A DNA stretch of 27,111 nucleotides from Thermoplasmatota archaeon (lineage in GTDB: Archaea; Thermoplasmatota; Penumbrarchaeia; Penumbrarchaeales; Penumbrarchaeaceae). The translations under genes and the position numbers were made by a program. Where the stretch lies: contig JARVGK010000040.1 of NCBI GenBank assembly GCA_029762535.1, forward strand, positions 1 to 27,111, in the 5' to 3' direction. The notes under the pieces are model-generated. The model was not told where the DNA came from and did not search any database. It worked only from the letters and a program-made list of their open reading frames with translations. This document shows positions 1 through 8,166 of the stretch, in pieces. The first letter of the stretch is position 1, and the number at the start of each line of letters is the position of its first letter.

Positions 1-3000
1 CTGGATCCATAGCGCTCGGGACTATTACCATGAGCGAACCCTGCACTCCCTCGATAATGACGGGCTTGCCCTCCTTGACGGTCAACTCATTGACGCGCAA
101 GAAGGAGGGGGGGTCGTTAACGGGGAGGACCGTGACGTTTATCTGGACGACGGGCCAATCCTCGCTTACGTGCACTTTGTTATCGATCGCCTCTATCAAA
201 ATATAATCGGTCCCGAAGAAGTCCTCGTCCGGGATTATGACATTGGCTCCTGATAGCGGGTCGATCTCCATGGTAAGATAGTTCTGACGCTTCACATTGA
301 ACGAGAGTTTGTCCCCATCGGCATCGAAGAAGAGCGAGTACAGGTCAACGAGGTCCACACCCGGCTCATCCTCGGTGAGCTCTACATGAACGTAGTCCAC
401 GATTGCCTCCGGCAGGAAGTTGATGACGTTGGTGTACACCATTACCTCAGGTCCGAACTCGTAACCGTCGAAGGGTTTGACGGTCGCCCTTATTCTGGTG
501 TTCTCCATCGTCATGGAATAAGGTAGTACCATATCGGTCCCGGATTGTATGAGCTCCCAGCTTCCCAGGCGCTCGATCTCGAAAGAGACGAAATAGCTGA
601 TCTCATCGATCGGATCCACGTCGATGTCCGTGCTGGGGGACACTATTTCCACCGTTATATCGTCCATGGTCGATGCCGGGATCGGTCCGATGGAGATCTC
701 GGGCGCCGTTGGCTTGTTGTTAACGGTCATGAAGGTGAAGACGTCGGATGAGGACATGCCCCATGGGTCGAAGGTCTCCACGGTGACGTAGAACTGATGG
801 TTGAACCTCAGGTTCCTCTCGAAGGTATAGGTCGGAGGAACGCTGCCCTGCTGGGGGTCATCGTTGACGTACAGCTGCCGAACGATCGCGTCCTCCAGTA
901 TGATGTTCGACGGGGATATCTCGTCCTGATATACGTTCAGCCTGTGCTTTATCACATCATTGTTCCAGTCCCAGGAGGCGTTCCACGTTATCGTCGGCCT
1001 CCTGTTGTGGGTCACGGCCGGTGATACCATCAGAGGGGTGAGCCAAACCGGAGCCAGGTTCACGGGCATCTCGATCTGCCTGAACAGGTACGACGTTACT
1101 GTTTCCGGACCTCCCCAATAAGGGATGTATCCGTCTTTAACAACCGTGATGTTCACTGGGTTGTTGTCATCGGAGTTCGGGCCTTCGAACGAATATTCCA
1201 GCATCCTGACCTTCCTCGCCCAGCCGTCCACGCTCATCTGCGCGTTGACTATCTCGTTGAGGTCCCTGTCATAGACGACCAGCGTGGGCATGGATATGAA
1301 ATCCCCGGTCATGTTGTCCATGGCGTAGATGTCCAGAAGCTGATAGTTCTCGAAAGTGGATTGCTGATCGTTTATGAACAACTTCGATATGGGTATAGTA
1401 GTGTTGACGGCTATCCCGGAGGAAGCATCGCCCAGGGTGAGGTCCCGGTTGTTGCCGGTGAAGGTCGAGTTCTCTATGACGAAGCTGGACCCGCCCTCGA
1501 TAATCGAGCCTGTGTTGGTGGATCCCGTTATGGTAACTCGCTCGATGTGGACAGAAGAGCCGTCGTCGAGACTTATCCCGATATTGTTGTTCTCGAAGTT
1601 GCCCCCCTCTATCATGCAATCCTTGGCCTCGAATAGGCGTATTCCAGCGCTTCCCGATCCGGAGATGGTATTGGCCTTGAGGTTCGTCCCGTCGGTCGAG
1701 GATTCGATCCCGATGAAATTGTCCACGATGACGTTCCCCTCAATGAGGTCGGGAGTGGAATCGATCAGGGATATGGCCTTGTTCGTCCCCGTAATGGTGT
1801 TGCCCGTGATACCGGCGGAGGACCTCCGGCTCTGTATGCCTATCTCGGTGTCGTTTATCTTGCATCCCCTCGTCGTCGATGTGGTCTGATTGTCGAGGAA
1901 AACGCTGCCGAGCCCGTTCTCGTAGATGAAGGAGTCGTAGAGCTCACCCTTGCTCCCGTCGAGGTATACACCCCAACCGGCGTTATGGTGGACCTTTGCC
2001 CCTTTGAGGGTGACGGACATCTTGCTGGAGTTCGTCCTGATGCCGTGTCTTCCGTTATCATATACCTCAACATCCTCTATGGTGGCCGTACAGTCGTCGA
2101 AGGTGGACCCGAACCCGTCCAGCACATTGTCCATCGCGACCCCCCTCTTGACGATGAGCTGGGGGTTCTCATCATCGGCCGTTATGCGATTCTCCCACTT
2201 CATATCGACGCCGTACTCCCCGTTACCGCTGAACTCGCAGTCGATGAGGGTCACCTGGCCGCCTCTCCTGGCAACGTAACCCGTCCCTATGTTGTTAATG
2301 AACTTCGAATCGTATATCGACATGTAGCGCATTCCGACGGAAGATTGTATGGGATCGAAGGAAAAACCGAAATATTTATTGTTCGCGAAGGTGCAGTTCT
2401 TCATCAGACCCGCCGCTCCGTAGTAGAAATTTCCCCCCTTGTAGCCATTTCCTATGAACGTGCAGTTCTGAATGTCGGGTACGATGTTGTTCCCTACGGC
2501 TATGAGTCCGGTGGCTGTGGTGTTTGACACCGTAACGCGGTGTATCCTGGGAGTGGCGCTGTGGGAGACGGTAACGGGGTAAGGGCCGATATATATCCCG
2601 GCCTGCTCGCAGTTGTAGATCTTCGTGTCCTCGACTATCACGGTCTTGTCCGAGGTGGACCTCAGTTGCAGTCCTCCATAGACATCCGTTAGATAGTTCG
2701 TATCGTCCGCCCCCCATATATACGAGAGATCACAGTGGCTGATGTGGAGATCGCCCGAGACCTCGAACTTCCAATGATATCCCCATGTATGGGTCCATGC
2801 CGAGGGGTTTCCGCTTCCAGGCCTCGAGATGTACGTCGTCTTGTCATAGGCGCTGAGGTTGCTGAACTTCATGTAGAGCGAACCGGTATTGTACACATAA
2901 ACGCCATACTCTCCGTCCTCCTCACCGCCGAACTCGATATACGTGTAGTTGATGTATAGAGTTCCGTACACGTGTATGCTGGCGTTCATGATGTAGCTCT

Positions 3001-3166
3001 CGTTCTCTATGGAATATACAGTTCCGGCACTGACGGTCAGATCGCTCGACACGTCGGTCCATCCCGCCTCGACGCCGTCGCCTCCGGCATCCTGCGCCCA
3101 AAGCATGGAAAAACCTGCTACCAACAACACCGAAACAAGCAATATAGCGACCCTTTTATCTCTCAT
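1..3166 (-). CDS. Large secreted/surface protein (>=1055 aa, 3' end outside window): signal peptide, right-handed parallel beta-helix repeats, then Ig-like and cadherin-like (tandem-95-type) domains
   Basis: Not in the ORF track because there is no stop in the window. Manual translation from ATG 3166 (GGTGG upstream): MRDKRVAILLVSVLLVAGFSMLWAQDA...; beta-helix repeats such as NCTFIGNG, CEFSGNGEYGV, ITGNTITGT, IEGNVIVDNFIGI, IENSTFTGN; cadherin-like motifs FFDADGDKLSF, PDEDFFGTD, INVTVLPVNDPP. The frame stays open to base 2. Confidence 0.85.
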   Translation of the reverse strand, partial: MRDKRVAILLVSVLLVAGFSMLWAQDAGGDGVEAGWTDVSSDLTVSAGTVYSIENESYIMNASIHVYGTLYINYTYIEFGGEEDGEYGVYVYNTGSLYMKFSNLSAYDKTTYISRPGSGNPSAWTHTWGYHWKFEVSGDLHISHCDLSYIWGADDTNYLTDVYGGLQLRSTSDKTVIVEDTKIYNCEQAGIYIGPYPVTVSHSATPRIHRVTVSNTTATGLIAVGNNIVPDIQNCTFIGNGYKGGNFYYGAAGLMKNCTFANNKYFGFSFDPIQSSVGMRYMSIYDSKFINNIGTGYVARRGGQVTLIDCEFSGNGEYGVDMKWENRITADDENPQLIVKRGVAMDNVLDGFGSTFDDCTATIEDVEVYDNGRHGIRTNSSKMSVTLKGAKVHHNAGWGVYLDGSKGELYDSFIYENGLGSVFLDNQTTSTTRGCKINDTEIGIQSRRSSAGITGNTITGTNKAISLIDSTPDLIEGNVIVDNFIGIESSTDGTNLKANTISGSGSAGIRLFEAKDCMIEGGNFENNNIGISLDDGSSVHIERVTITGSTNTGSIIEGGSSFVIENSTFTGNNRDLTLGDASSGIAVNTTIPISKLFINDQQSTFENYQLLDIYAMDNMTGDFISMPTLVVYDRDLNEIVNAQMSVDGWARKVRMLEYSFEGPNSDDNNPVNITVVKDGYIPYWGGPETVTSYLFRQIEMPVNLAPVWLTPLMVSPAVTHNRRPTITWNASWDWNNDVIKHRLNVYQDEISPSNIILEDAIVRQLYVNDDPQQGSVPPTYTFERNLRFNHQFYVTVETFDPWGMSSSDVFTFMTVNNKPTAPEISIGPIPASTMDDITVEIVSPSTDIDVDPIDEISYFVSFEIERLGSWELIQSGTDMVLPYSMTMENTRIRATVKPFDGYEFGPEVMVYTNVINFLPEAIVDYVHVELTEDEPGVDLVDLYSLFFDADGDKLSFNVKRQNYLTMEIDPLSGANVIIPDEDFFGTDYILIEAIDNKVHVSEDWPVVQINVTVLPVNDPPSFLRVNELTVKEGKPVIIEGVQGSLMVIVPSAMDP

Positions 3167-3255
3167 ATGCCCCACCTGTGTGATTATCTATCAGGAGATA
3201 GCCCGAAGGGAAGCTGGAGCGCTTCCCGAAGCGTTCGAAGTATCAACGTCTTTGG

Positions 3256-3268
3256 ATATTTATTTTTC
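3256..3268 (-). promoter_or_regulatory. Putative BRE/TATA promoter of the beta-helix surface protein gene
   Basis: Minus strand GAAAAATAAATAT, an AT-rich island ~90 nt upstream of the ATG. Confidence 0.45.
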
Positions 3269-3323
3269 CATGGTCCAAACTGCTATCTGGACGGCATTAT
3301 CGGAACTTCCGACAGGAATATCC

Positions 3324-4847
3324 TCATATCCCGATGTGGCCGACCGAGGCCTCAACCGCCTCTTCGATGCGTCTCGACCTGATGAGCCTGGACACCGCTG
3401 CGATGTCGGGATGCAGGGGTCTGTCCTCCTCCATGAACGAAACGGAATCCCTGATGACCTCATAGGCCGCACCCGTGCCTTTACCGGGCTTCAGAGGCTT
3501 TCGGAGGTCAAGGGCCTGAGCGGCGCAAAGCATCTCTATGGCCAGGACGTCGGATACGTTCCTGTGGATCTCCTTAAGATGCCTTATGGCCACCGGCCCC
3601 ATCGAGACATGGTCCTCCTGGTCCGCGGAGACGGAGATGGAGTCCACCGAGGCGGGATGGGACAGGACCTTGTTCTCCGACACCATCGCGGCGGCCGTGT
3701 ACTGTGCCACCATAAGGCCTGAGTTCAGACCCGCCCCCTCGACAAGGAAGGGGGCCAATCCTGAAAGCACCGGGTTGAGCAGCCTGTTCGCATGCCTTTC
3801 CGATAGGTTGGCCAGTTCGGACATGCCGATCTTCAACACGTCGGCCGCTATTCCCACTGGCTGTCCATGGAAGTTGCCGGCCCCGATATGATCGTCCTGG
3901 TCCGGGAAGAATATGGGATTGTCCACGACCGAGTTGAGCTCTGTCTCGACGACGTTCAACGCGTATTTGTACAGATCGAGGGTCGGTCCGATTATCTGCG
4001 GGGTGCATCTCATCGAGTATCCGTCCTGGACCTTGCCGGATGGCGAGGCCAGGATCTCAGAGGCCTCAAGGATCCTTCGCAGGTTCTCCGCCACGGTTAT
4101 CTGGCCAGGATAGGGCCTGAGAGCGTGGACCCTCGCATCGAACGGGCGCATGACCGTCTTTAGAGCGTCCAGGGACATCGCCGATGCGATGATCGCGTTC
4201 TTTATGAGCGATCTGGCATCATCCAGGAGCAGGCACATCTGACCGATCATCACCTGCGTTCCGTTCACGAGGGCAAGGCCCTCCTTGAAGGTCAGTTCGA
4301 CCGTGGGAAGGTCCGCCCTCTCCATCGCCTCCTTTCCGGGCAACAGCTCCCCTTCGTAGTGGGCCTGCCCCTCACCCAATATGACCTCGGCGATCTGAGC
4401 AAGGGGCGAGAGGTCCCCGGAGCATCCCAGGGATCCCTTTTCGAACACCAGTGGAGTCACACCCCGGTTGACCATATCGAGATACGTTCGGGCCGTTGAG
4501 AGCCTGAGACCGGAATGGCCTTTAGCCCAAACATTGGCCCTGCATGCTATCGCCGCCCTGACCTCCTCCTCTGGGAGTGGATCCCCGCAGGAGGCGCTGT
4601 GGGAGAACACGATCTTCCTCTGCAGCTCCAGCCCCTGTTCGGGGCTCAGGAAAACCGACGCGAGCTCGCCTATTCCAGTGGTCACTCCGTATATCTTCTC
4701 GCCCCTGTCGACCAGGGAGCGGACCATAGCCTCGCATCTTGATATCCTCCTCTGTGCCTCATCGGAGAACCGTGCCGGTTCCTTTCCTCTCGCTATGGAG
4801 ACGATATCCGTGGATCTAACATCATTGCCTTTCAGCTCTATAGCCAT
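3324..4847 (-). CDS. hutH: Histidine ammonia-lyase (MIO-dependent aromatic amino acid lyase), 507 aa
   Basis: YGVTTGIG, IVFSH (SH specificity motif of HAL), GSLGCSGDL (MIO triad Cys-Ser-Gly), KEGLALVNGT, QDGYSMRC, GNFHG, QEDHVSMG. Start moved to ATG 4847 (MAIELKG; GGTGG upstream; TTTATAAT at 4894..4887). Confidence 0.9.
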   Translation of the reverse strand: MAIELKGNDVRSTDIVSIARGKEPARFSDEAQRRISRCEAMVRSLVDRGEKIYGVTTGIGELASVFLSPEQGLELQRKIVFSHSASCGDPLPEEEVRAAIACRANVWAKGHSGLRLSTARTYLDMVNRGVTPLVFEKGSLGCSGDLSPLAQIAEVILGEGQAHYEGELLPGKEAMERADLPTVELTFKEGLALVNGTQVMIGQMCLLLDDARSLIKNAIIASAMSLDALKTVMRPFDARVHALRPYPGQITVAENLRRILEASEILASPSGKVQDGYSMRCTPQIIGPTLDLYKYALNVVETELNSVVDNPIFFPDQDDHIGAGNFHGQPVGIAADVLKIGMSELANLSERHANRLLNPVLSGLAPFLVEGAGLNSGLMVAQYTAAAMVSENKVLSHPASVDSISVSADQEDHVSMGPVAIRHLKEIHRNVSDVLAIEMLCAAQALDLRKPLKPGKGTGAAYEVIRDSVSFMEEDRPLHPDIAAVSRLIRSRRIEEAVEASVGHIGI

Positions 4848-4963
4848 TGAGACCACCCGGTGCTGTTGATGCCCCCATGGTGACGGATTATAAATAATGG
4901 TCGATTTGGGGTAATTTCCCATTCCGGAAAAGATTAAGTAAAGGCGAAGCGATGCATCGCCCC

Positions 4964-5164
4964 ATGCAGGCGACGGACAGAGCGATATCCAACGAGATCC
5001 CCCGATTCTCATTGGGAGGCGTCGTTAGGACCATAGCCCAGAAGGGGCCCCTCAAGGCGATGGACGATCCCGAACAAGGTCCACATGTCCATCTCACGCT
5101 TCTCATCATCACCATCCTGGTGGTATCGGGCATAATCATCGCCGCTACGTCCCTTTTCCTCTGA
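4964..5164 (+). CDS. Small membrane protein (66 aa, single C-terminal TM helix)
   Basis: Hydrophobic tail LTLLIITILVVSGIIIAATSLFL; GAAAAGATTAAGTA (4927-4940) is spaced as for a leaderless start at ATG 4964. ATG 4952 is an alternative start. Confidence 0.5.
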   Translation: MQATDRAISNEIPRFSLGGVVRTIAQKGPLKAMDDPEQGPHVHLTLLIITILVVSGIIIAATSLFL

Positions 5165-5193
5165 AGCAGAGTTACATGGAACCTACCCAATCC

Positions 5194-5201
5194 TTTTATA
5201 T
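5194..5201 (+). promoter_or_regulatory. TATA box for the zinc-ribbon microprotein gene
   Basis: TTTTATAT ~25 nt upstream of the GGAGG ribosome-binding site. Confidence 0.55.
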
Positions 5202-5237
5202 CCCTCGGGTTCTTATGACCATAACGGAGGCGGTAAA

Positions 5238-5366
5238 GTGGCGGAATCCATCTTCCCATCCTGCCCCAAATGCGAAAGGGGCAATATGGTACCCTTCTCA
5301 AGAGGGCAGGACATATTCGAGATCTGGAAATGCACGAACTGCGCTTACATCCTGAACAAGAGATGA
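5238..5366 (+). CDS. 42-aa zinc-ribbon microprotein (CPKC...CTNC)
   Basis: Too short for the ORF track. GTG start 7 nt after GGAGG; MAESIFPSCPKCERGNMVPFSRGQDIFEIWKCTNCAYILNKR*; own TATA box. Confidence 0.8.
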   Translation: MAESIFPSCPKCERGNMVPFSRGQDIFEIWKCTNCAYILNKR

Positions 5367-5403
5367 TGGGTCGGCATCCTTATGGGAGGGGACGTTTTAC
5401 GGA

Positions 5404-5823
5404 TCATTTCATGAATATCTGTGAGCTCCTTCCCTGTCTCTTCACGACCAGCATACCCTTTCGCTTCAGTGATGTTATGTGGTAGTTGGCCACCTGTCTT
5501 GTTATTTCCAACTTTCTCGCTATGCTGCTCTGGGAGATCCCCGGGTCCTTGAGTATCACGGCCCTTATACGCTCCTCGAGGTCCAATGGCACATCACCGT
5601 TGGCCGGGTAATAGCGCCTGAACACGCCCAACTTCTTCGATGCTATGAGGCCCTTCTTCTCCAATTTTATCAGGTGGTGCGATAGCGTACCGTTCTTTAT
5701 GTCGAGTATGTTCCTCAGCTCAGTGAAGCTGGCACCAGGATATGAGATCACCGCCTCGAATATCCTTGCCCTGTTCCTGTTCTCGAGAAGTCCTTCGACC
5801 GTCTGCAGTCTCTTGTATCCCAT
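5404..5823 (-). CDS. Tandem winged helix-turn-helix transcriptional regulator (ArsR/MarR-like, two HTH units), 139 aa
   Basis: Two repeats: RARIFEAVISYPGASFTELRNILDIKNGTLSHHLIKLEKKGLI and RIRAVILKDPGISQSSIARKLEITRQVANYHITSLKRKGML. Start probably ATG 5823. Confidence 0.85.
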   Translation of the reverse strand: MGYKRLQTVEGLLENRNRARIFEAVISYPGASFTELRNILDIKNGTLSHHLIKLEKKGLIASKKLGVFRRYYPANGDVPLDLEERIRAVILKDPGISQSSIARKLEITRQVANYHITSLKRKGMLVVKRQGRSSQIFMK

Positions 5824-5892
5824 TTTATCACTGTCAATAAATATCCATGAGAACATATATAGATTGTCCCAGAATAATTAACCCTTTGCTTT

Positions 5893-8166
5893 TCATCTCC
5901 TTTTCCGAAGATAGATATAGAGGACCGCGGAGACGGTCCCGAGCAAAAGCACTGCGAGTATTATATAGGGAAAGGCTCTGGAACCGCCTCCTTCCGGCCT
6001 TTCATCCTGCCATGGACCCGCGGCCCGGTCCAGGTCATAAAGGGTCAGGTCCAGGGTCGTTTCTATCGACACTCCGGAGGAAACGTCCGTCATGAGCGGC
6101 GCCCTCATGGCGTTCGAATAGACCGATCGGAACACCGTAGCGTTATCGCCTGATATCGTGAGTACCGCCCTCATGCTGTATGGTATCCTCAGCTCAACAT
6201 AGGAAGTGTCCCTCAACGGTTTGAGTATCCTTATCCCTTGCCCTCTGACGGTTATGCCGTAGAAAACACCCGTCGTCCTTATGGGTATCTCGTACGTGCC
6301 GGGCCTGCTGAACAGCGGTGAGTCCCCTCCGAAGTCCGCAACGCCGTCGAGGTCGTAATCGACCTCGATCGAGATCCCCCCCACGTGAAGGTCAGCCATG
6401 GATAGGGGAACGTAGCTTATGTCAATGGAGATAGCAGAGGTCCCGTCCGGAACGAACAGGTACCTGGTCTGGTTCTGGACGAGCAGCGGTTTGCCGTTCT
6501 GATCGTTGAAGCGGCTGTACTCGCCGTTCCATGATGTGACGAGCTTGTCGGACCTTCCCACGATCGATGTACGGGTGACATCGGCATCGGAGAACAGGGC
6601 GTCCATGACGCTCACCTTCCTGTGAGGGTTCTCCCGCCTCAGACGGTCCAATGTGAGGGCGATACCGACAGCCTTCTCGATGTCGATGAAACCGTATCCC
6701 TGGACGTAGTCGATGCTCCGGCCCCCCCATCCTGTCGAGGTGTCGTTGACATATATGTGCGTCTCGGACTCCTTGCCCTCAATATATGGGATCCTGGTCG
6801 CGGATGCCTCGAGTATCAGCTCCGCCTCGTGAACGAATCTATATGGGTGGAAGTGGAACCATTCATGGTCCCCGCCGGAATAATCCTCCGCCGTCTCCGA
6901 TATGCCGAGAGAGGGGCAGGCCTCGAACAGAAGCGCCACCGTCCCGGCGACGTGAGGCGTGGACATGGAGGTACCTGAGATAGCCAGATAGTAAGGGTTG
7001 GGGTTACCCCCAATCTTGGAACCAGCCGAGATACCCGTCCTCCTCGCGTGAGCGGCCCATATCCTCACCCCCGGGGCTCCGACGTCCGGGTATGTGTGGT
7101 TGAGGCCAACCTGCCCATGGGATGTGAATTCCGCAACGGACGTGCCGTCCCTCGCGTGCGCCGCCACCATTATCGCACAGGGGGTCGCGCCCTGCTGAGA
7201 GGTCCAGACCGTTGTGCCCTTGGGGTCCTGCCTTCCGTCGTTCCCTGCGGAGAACGTGCAGACCACGTTGTTCTCGTAGGTGAGGCGGTTTATGATTATG
7301 GACAGGGCCATGTTGGGATCGTATTCACCCTCCGTGGTATGCCAGGAATTGGTACATACCCTGATAGGTGGGTGAGGGTAGGTGGCCCCGGGCCTGGAGT
7401 TATCGAACACCCATTCCAGGCCGTAGAGGTAGTTCGCGGTGGACACCTCGACGCTGCCCTCGGAAAGGGATAGCCCCACCAAACTCGCTCCCGGAGCGAC
7501 CCCGCTCCTCCCTCCCGCCGAGGCGTCACCGTTCCCGGCCGCTATGCCGGCGCAGTGGGATCCATGGCCTACGGAGGTGTCCGTGTTCTCCATCTCGACC
7601 CAGGGGGATCCCGCCTGCGCGGCCTTGATATTCACCACGGTCTTCGATCCGTAGTCGAGGTCGGGATGACCGGCATCTAAACCGGAATCGACGACGGCTA
7701 TGGATACTCCAGACCCAGTCACGCCGTCCTTCATCGAGTTCCCTTCCTTGATGGCGGAGGACCATACCCTCGGGGCCTTGACGGCCTCGGTGGACACCTC
7801 GAGGTCCTTGACCACGGGCGCGTCGTATTCTATATGCATCACCCAGTCCATGCGGGTCAGCGAAGGAAGGAGGGATGCCCTGATCGTCGCCTGGTAAACG
7901 TCCACGTACGTGAAACGATGCCCGACCCGGAGCCCCAGATCGTTCAATCTGCCTCGATACATACCAGCTTGCGGCTCGGATACGTGAACGAGGACGGCAA
8001 GATCCGAATCGCTCAACCATTGCACCCGCCCTTTCTCCATATACACACCGCATCCCTCGAGCGTTCTTGAGAGCTTCCCAAGCACTGGCTCATCGATCGT
8101 TATGTCGGCCGGGGGAACGATGAGGGGCAGCATCACGATTGCCATTATCAGTAGCCTGTACCCCAT
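5893..8166 (-). CDS. Membrane-anchored extracellular S8 (subtilisin-like) serine protease, paralog 2, 757 aa
   Basis: Signal peptide MGYRLLIMAIVMLPLIV; catalytic VVDSG (D), GHGSHCAG (H), SAGN (oxyanion N), GTSMSTPHVAG (S); C-terminal TM + RKRR. Start ATG 8166 overlaps the upstream stop (TGATG), with GGAGG upstream. Confidence 0.92.
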   Translation of the reverse strand: MGYRLLIMAIVMLPLIVPPADITIDEPVLGKLSRTLEGCGVYMEKGRVQWLSDSDLAVLVHVSEPQAGMYRGRLNDLGLRVGHRFTYVDVYQATIRASLLPSLTRMDWVMHIEYDAPVVKDLEVSTEAVKAPRVWSSAIKEGNSMKDGVTGSGVSIAVVDSGLDAGHPDLDYGSKTVVNIKAAQAGSPWVEMENTDTSVGHGSHCAGIAAGNGDASAGGRSGVAPGASLVGLSLSEGSVEVSTANYLYGLEWVFDNSRPGATYPHPPIRVCTNSWHTTEGEYDPNMALSIIINRLTYENNVVCTFSAGNDGRQDPKGTTVWTSQQGATPCAIMVAAHARDGTSVAEFTSHGQVGLNHTYPDVGAPGVRIWAAHARRTGISAGSKIGGNPNPYYLAISGTSMSTPHVAGTVALLFEACPSLGISETAEDYSGGDHEWFHFHPYRFVHEAELILEASATRIPYIEGKESETHIYVNDTSTGWGGRSIDYVQGYGFIDIEKAVGIALTLDRLRRENPHRKVSVMDALFSDADVTRTSIVGRSDKLVTSWNGEYSRFNDQNGKPLLVQNQTRYLFVPDGTSAISIDISYVPLSMADLHVGGISIEVDYDLDGVADFGGDSPLFSRPGTYEIPIRTTGVFYGITVRGQGIRILKPLRDTSYVELRIPYSMRAVLTISGDNATVFRSVYSNAMRAPLMTDVSSGVSIETTLDLTLYDLDRAAGPWQDERPEGGGSRAFPYIILAVLLLGTVSAVLYIYLRKRR

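Noticed and set aside
545-3722. Numerous plus-strand ORFs here, and similar antisense or out-of-frame ORFs across the window
   Set aside because: Shadows of well-supported genes in GC-rich DNA; no motifs or expression signals
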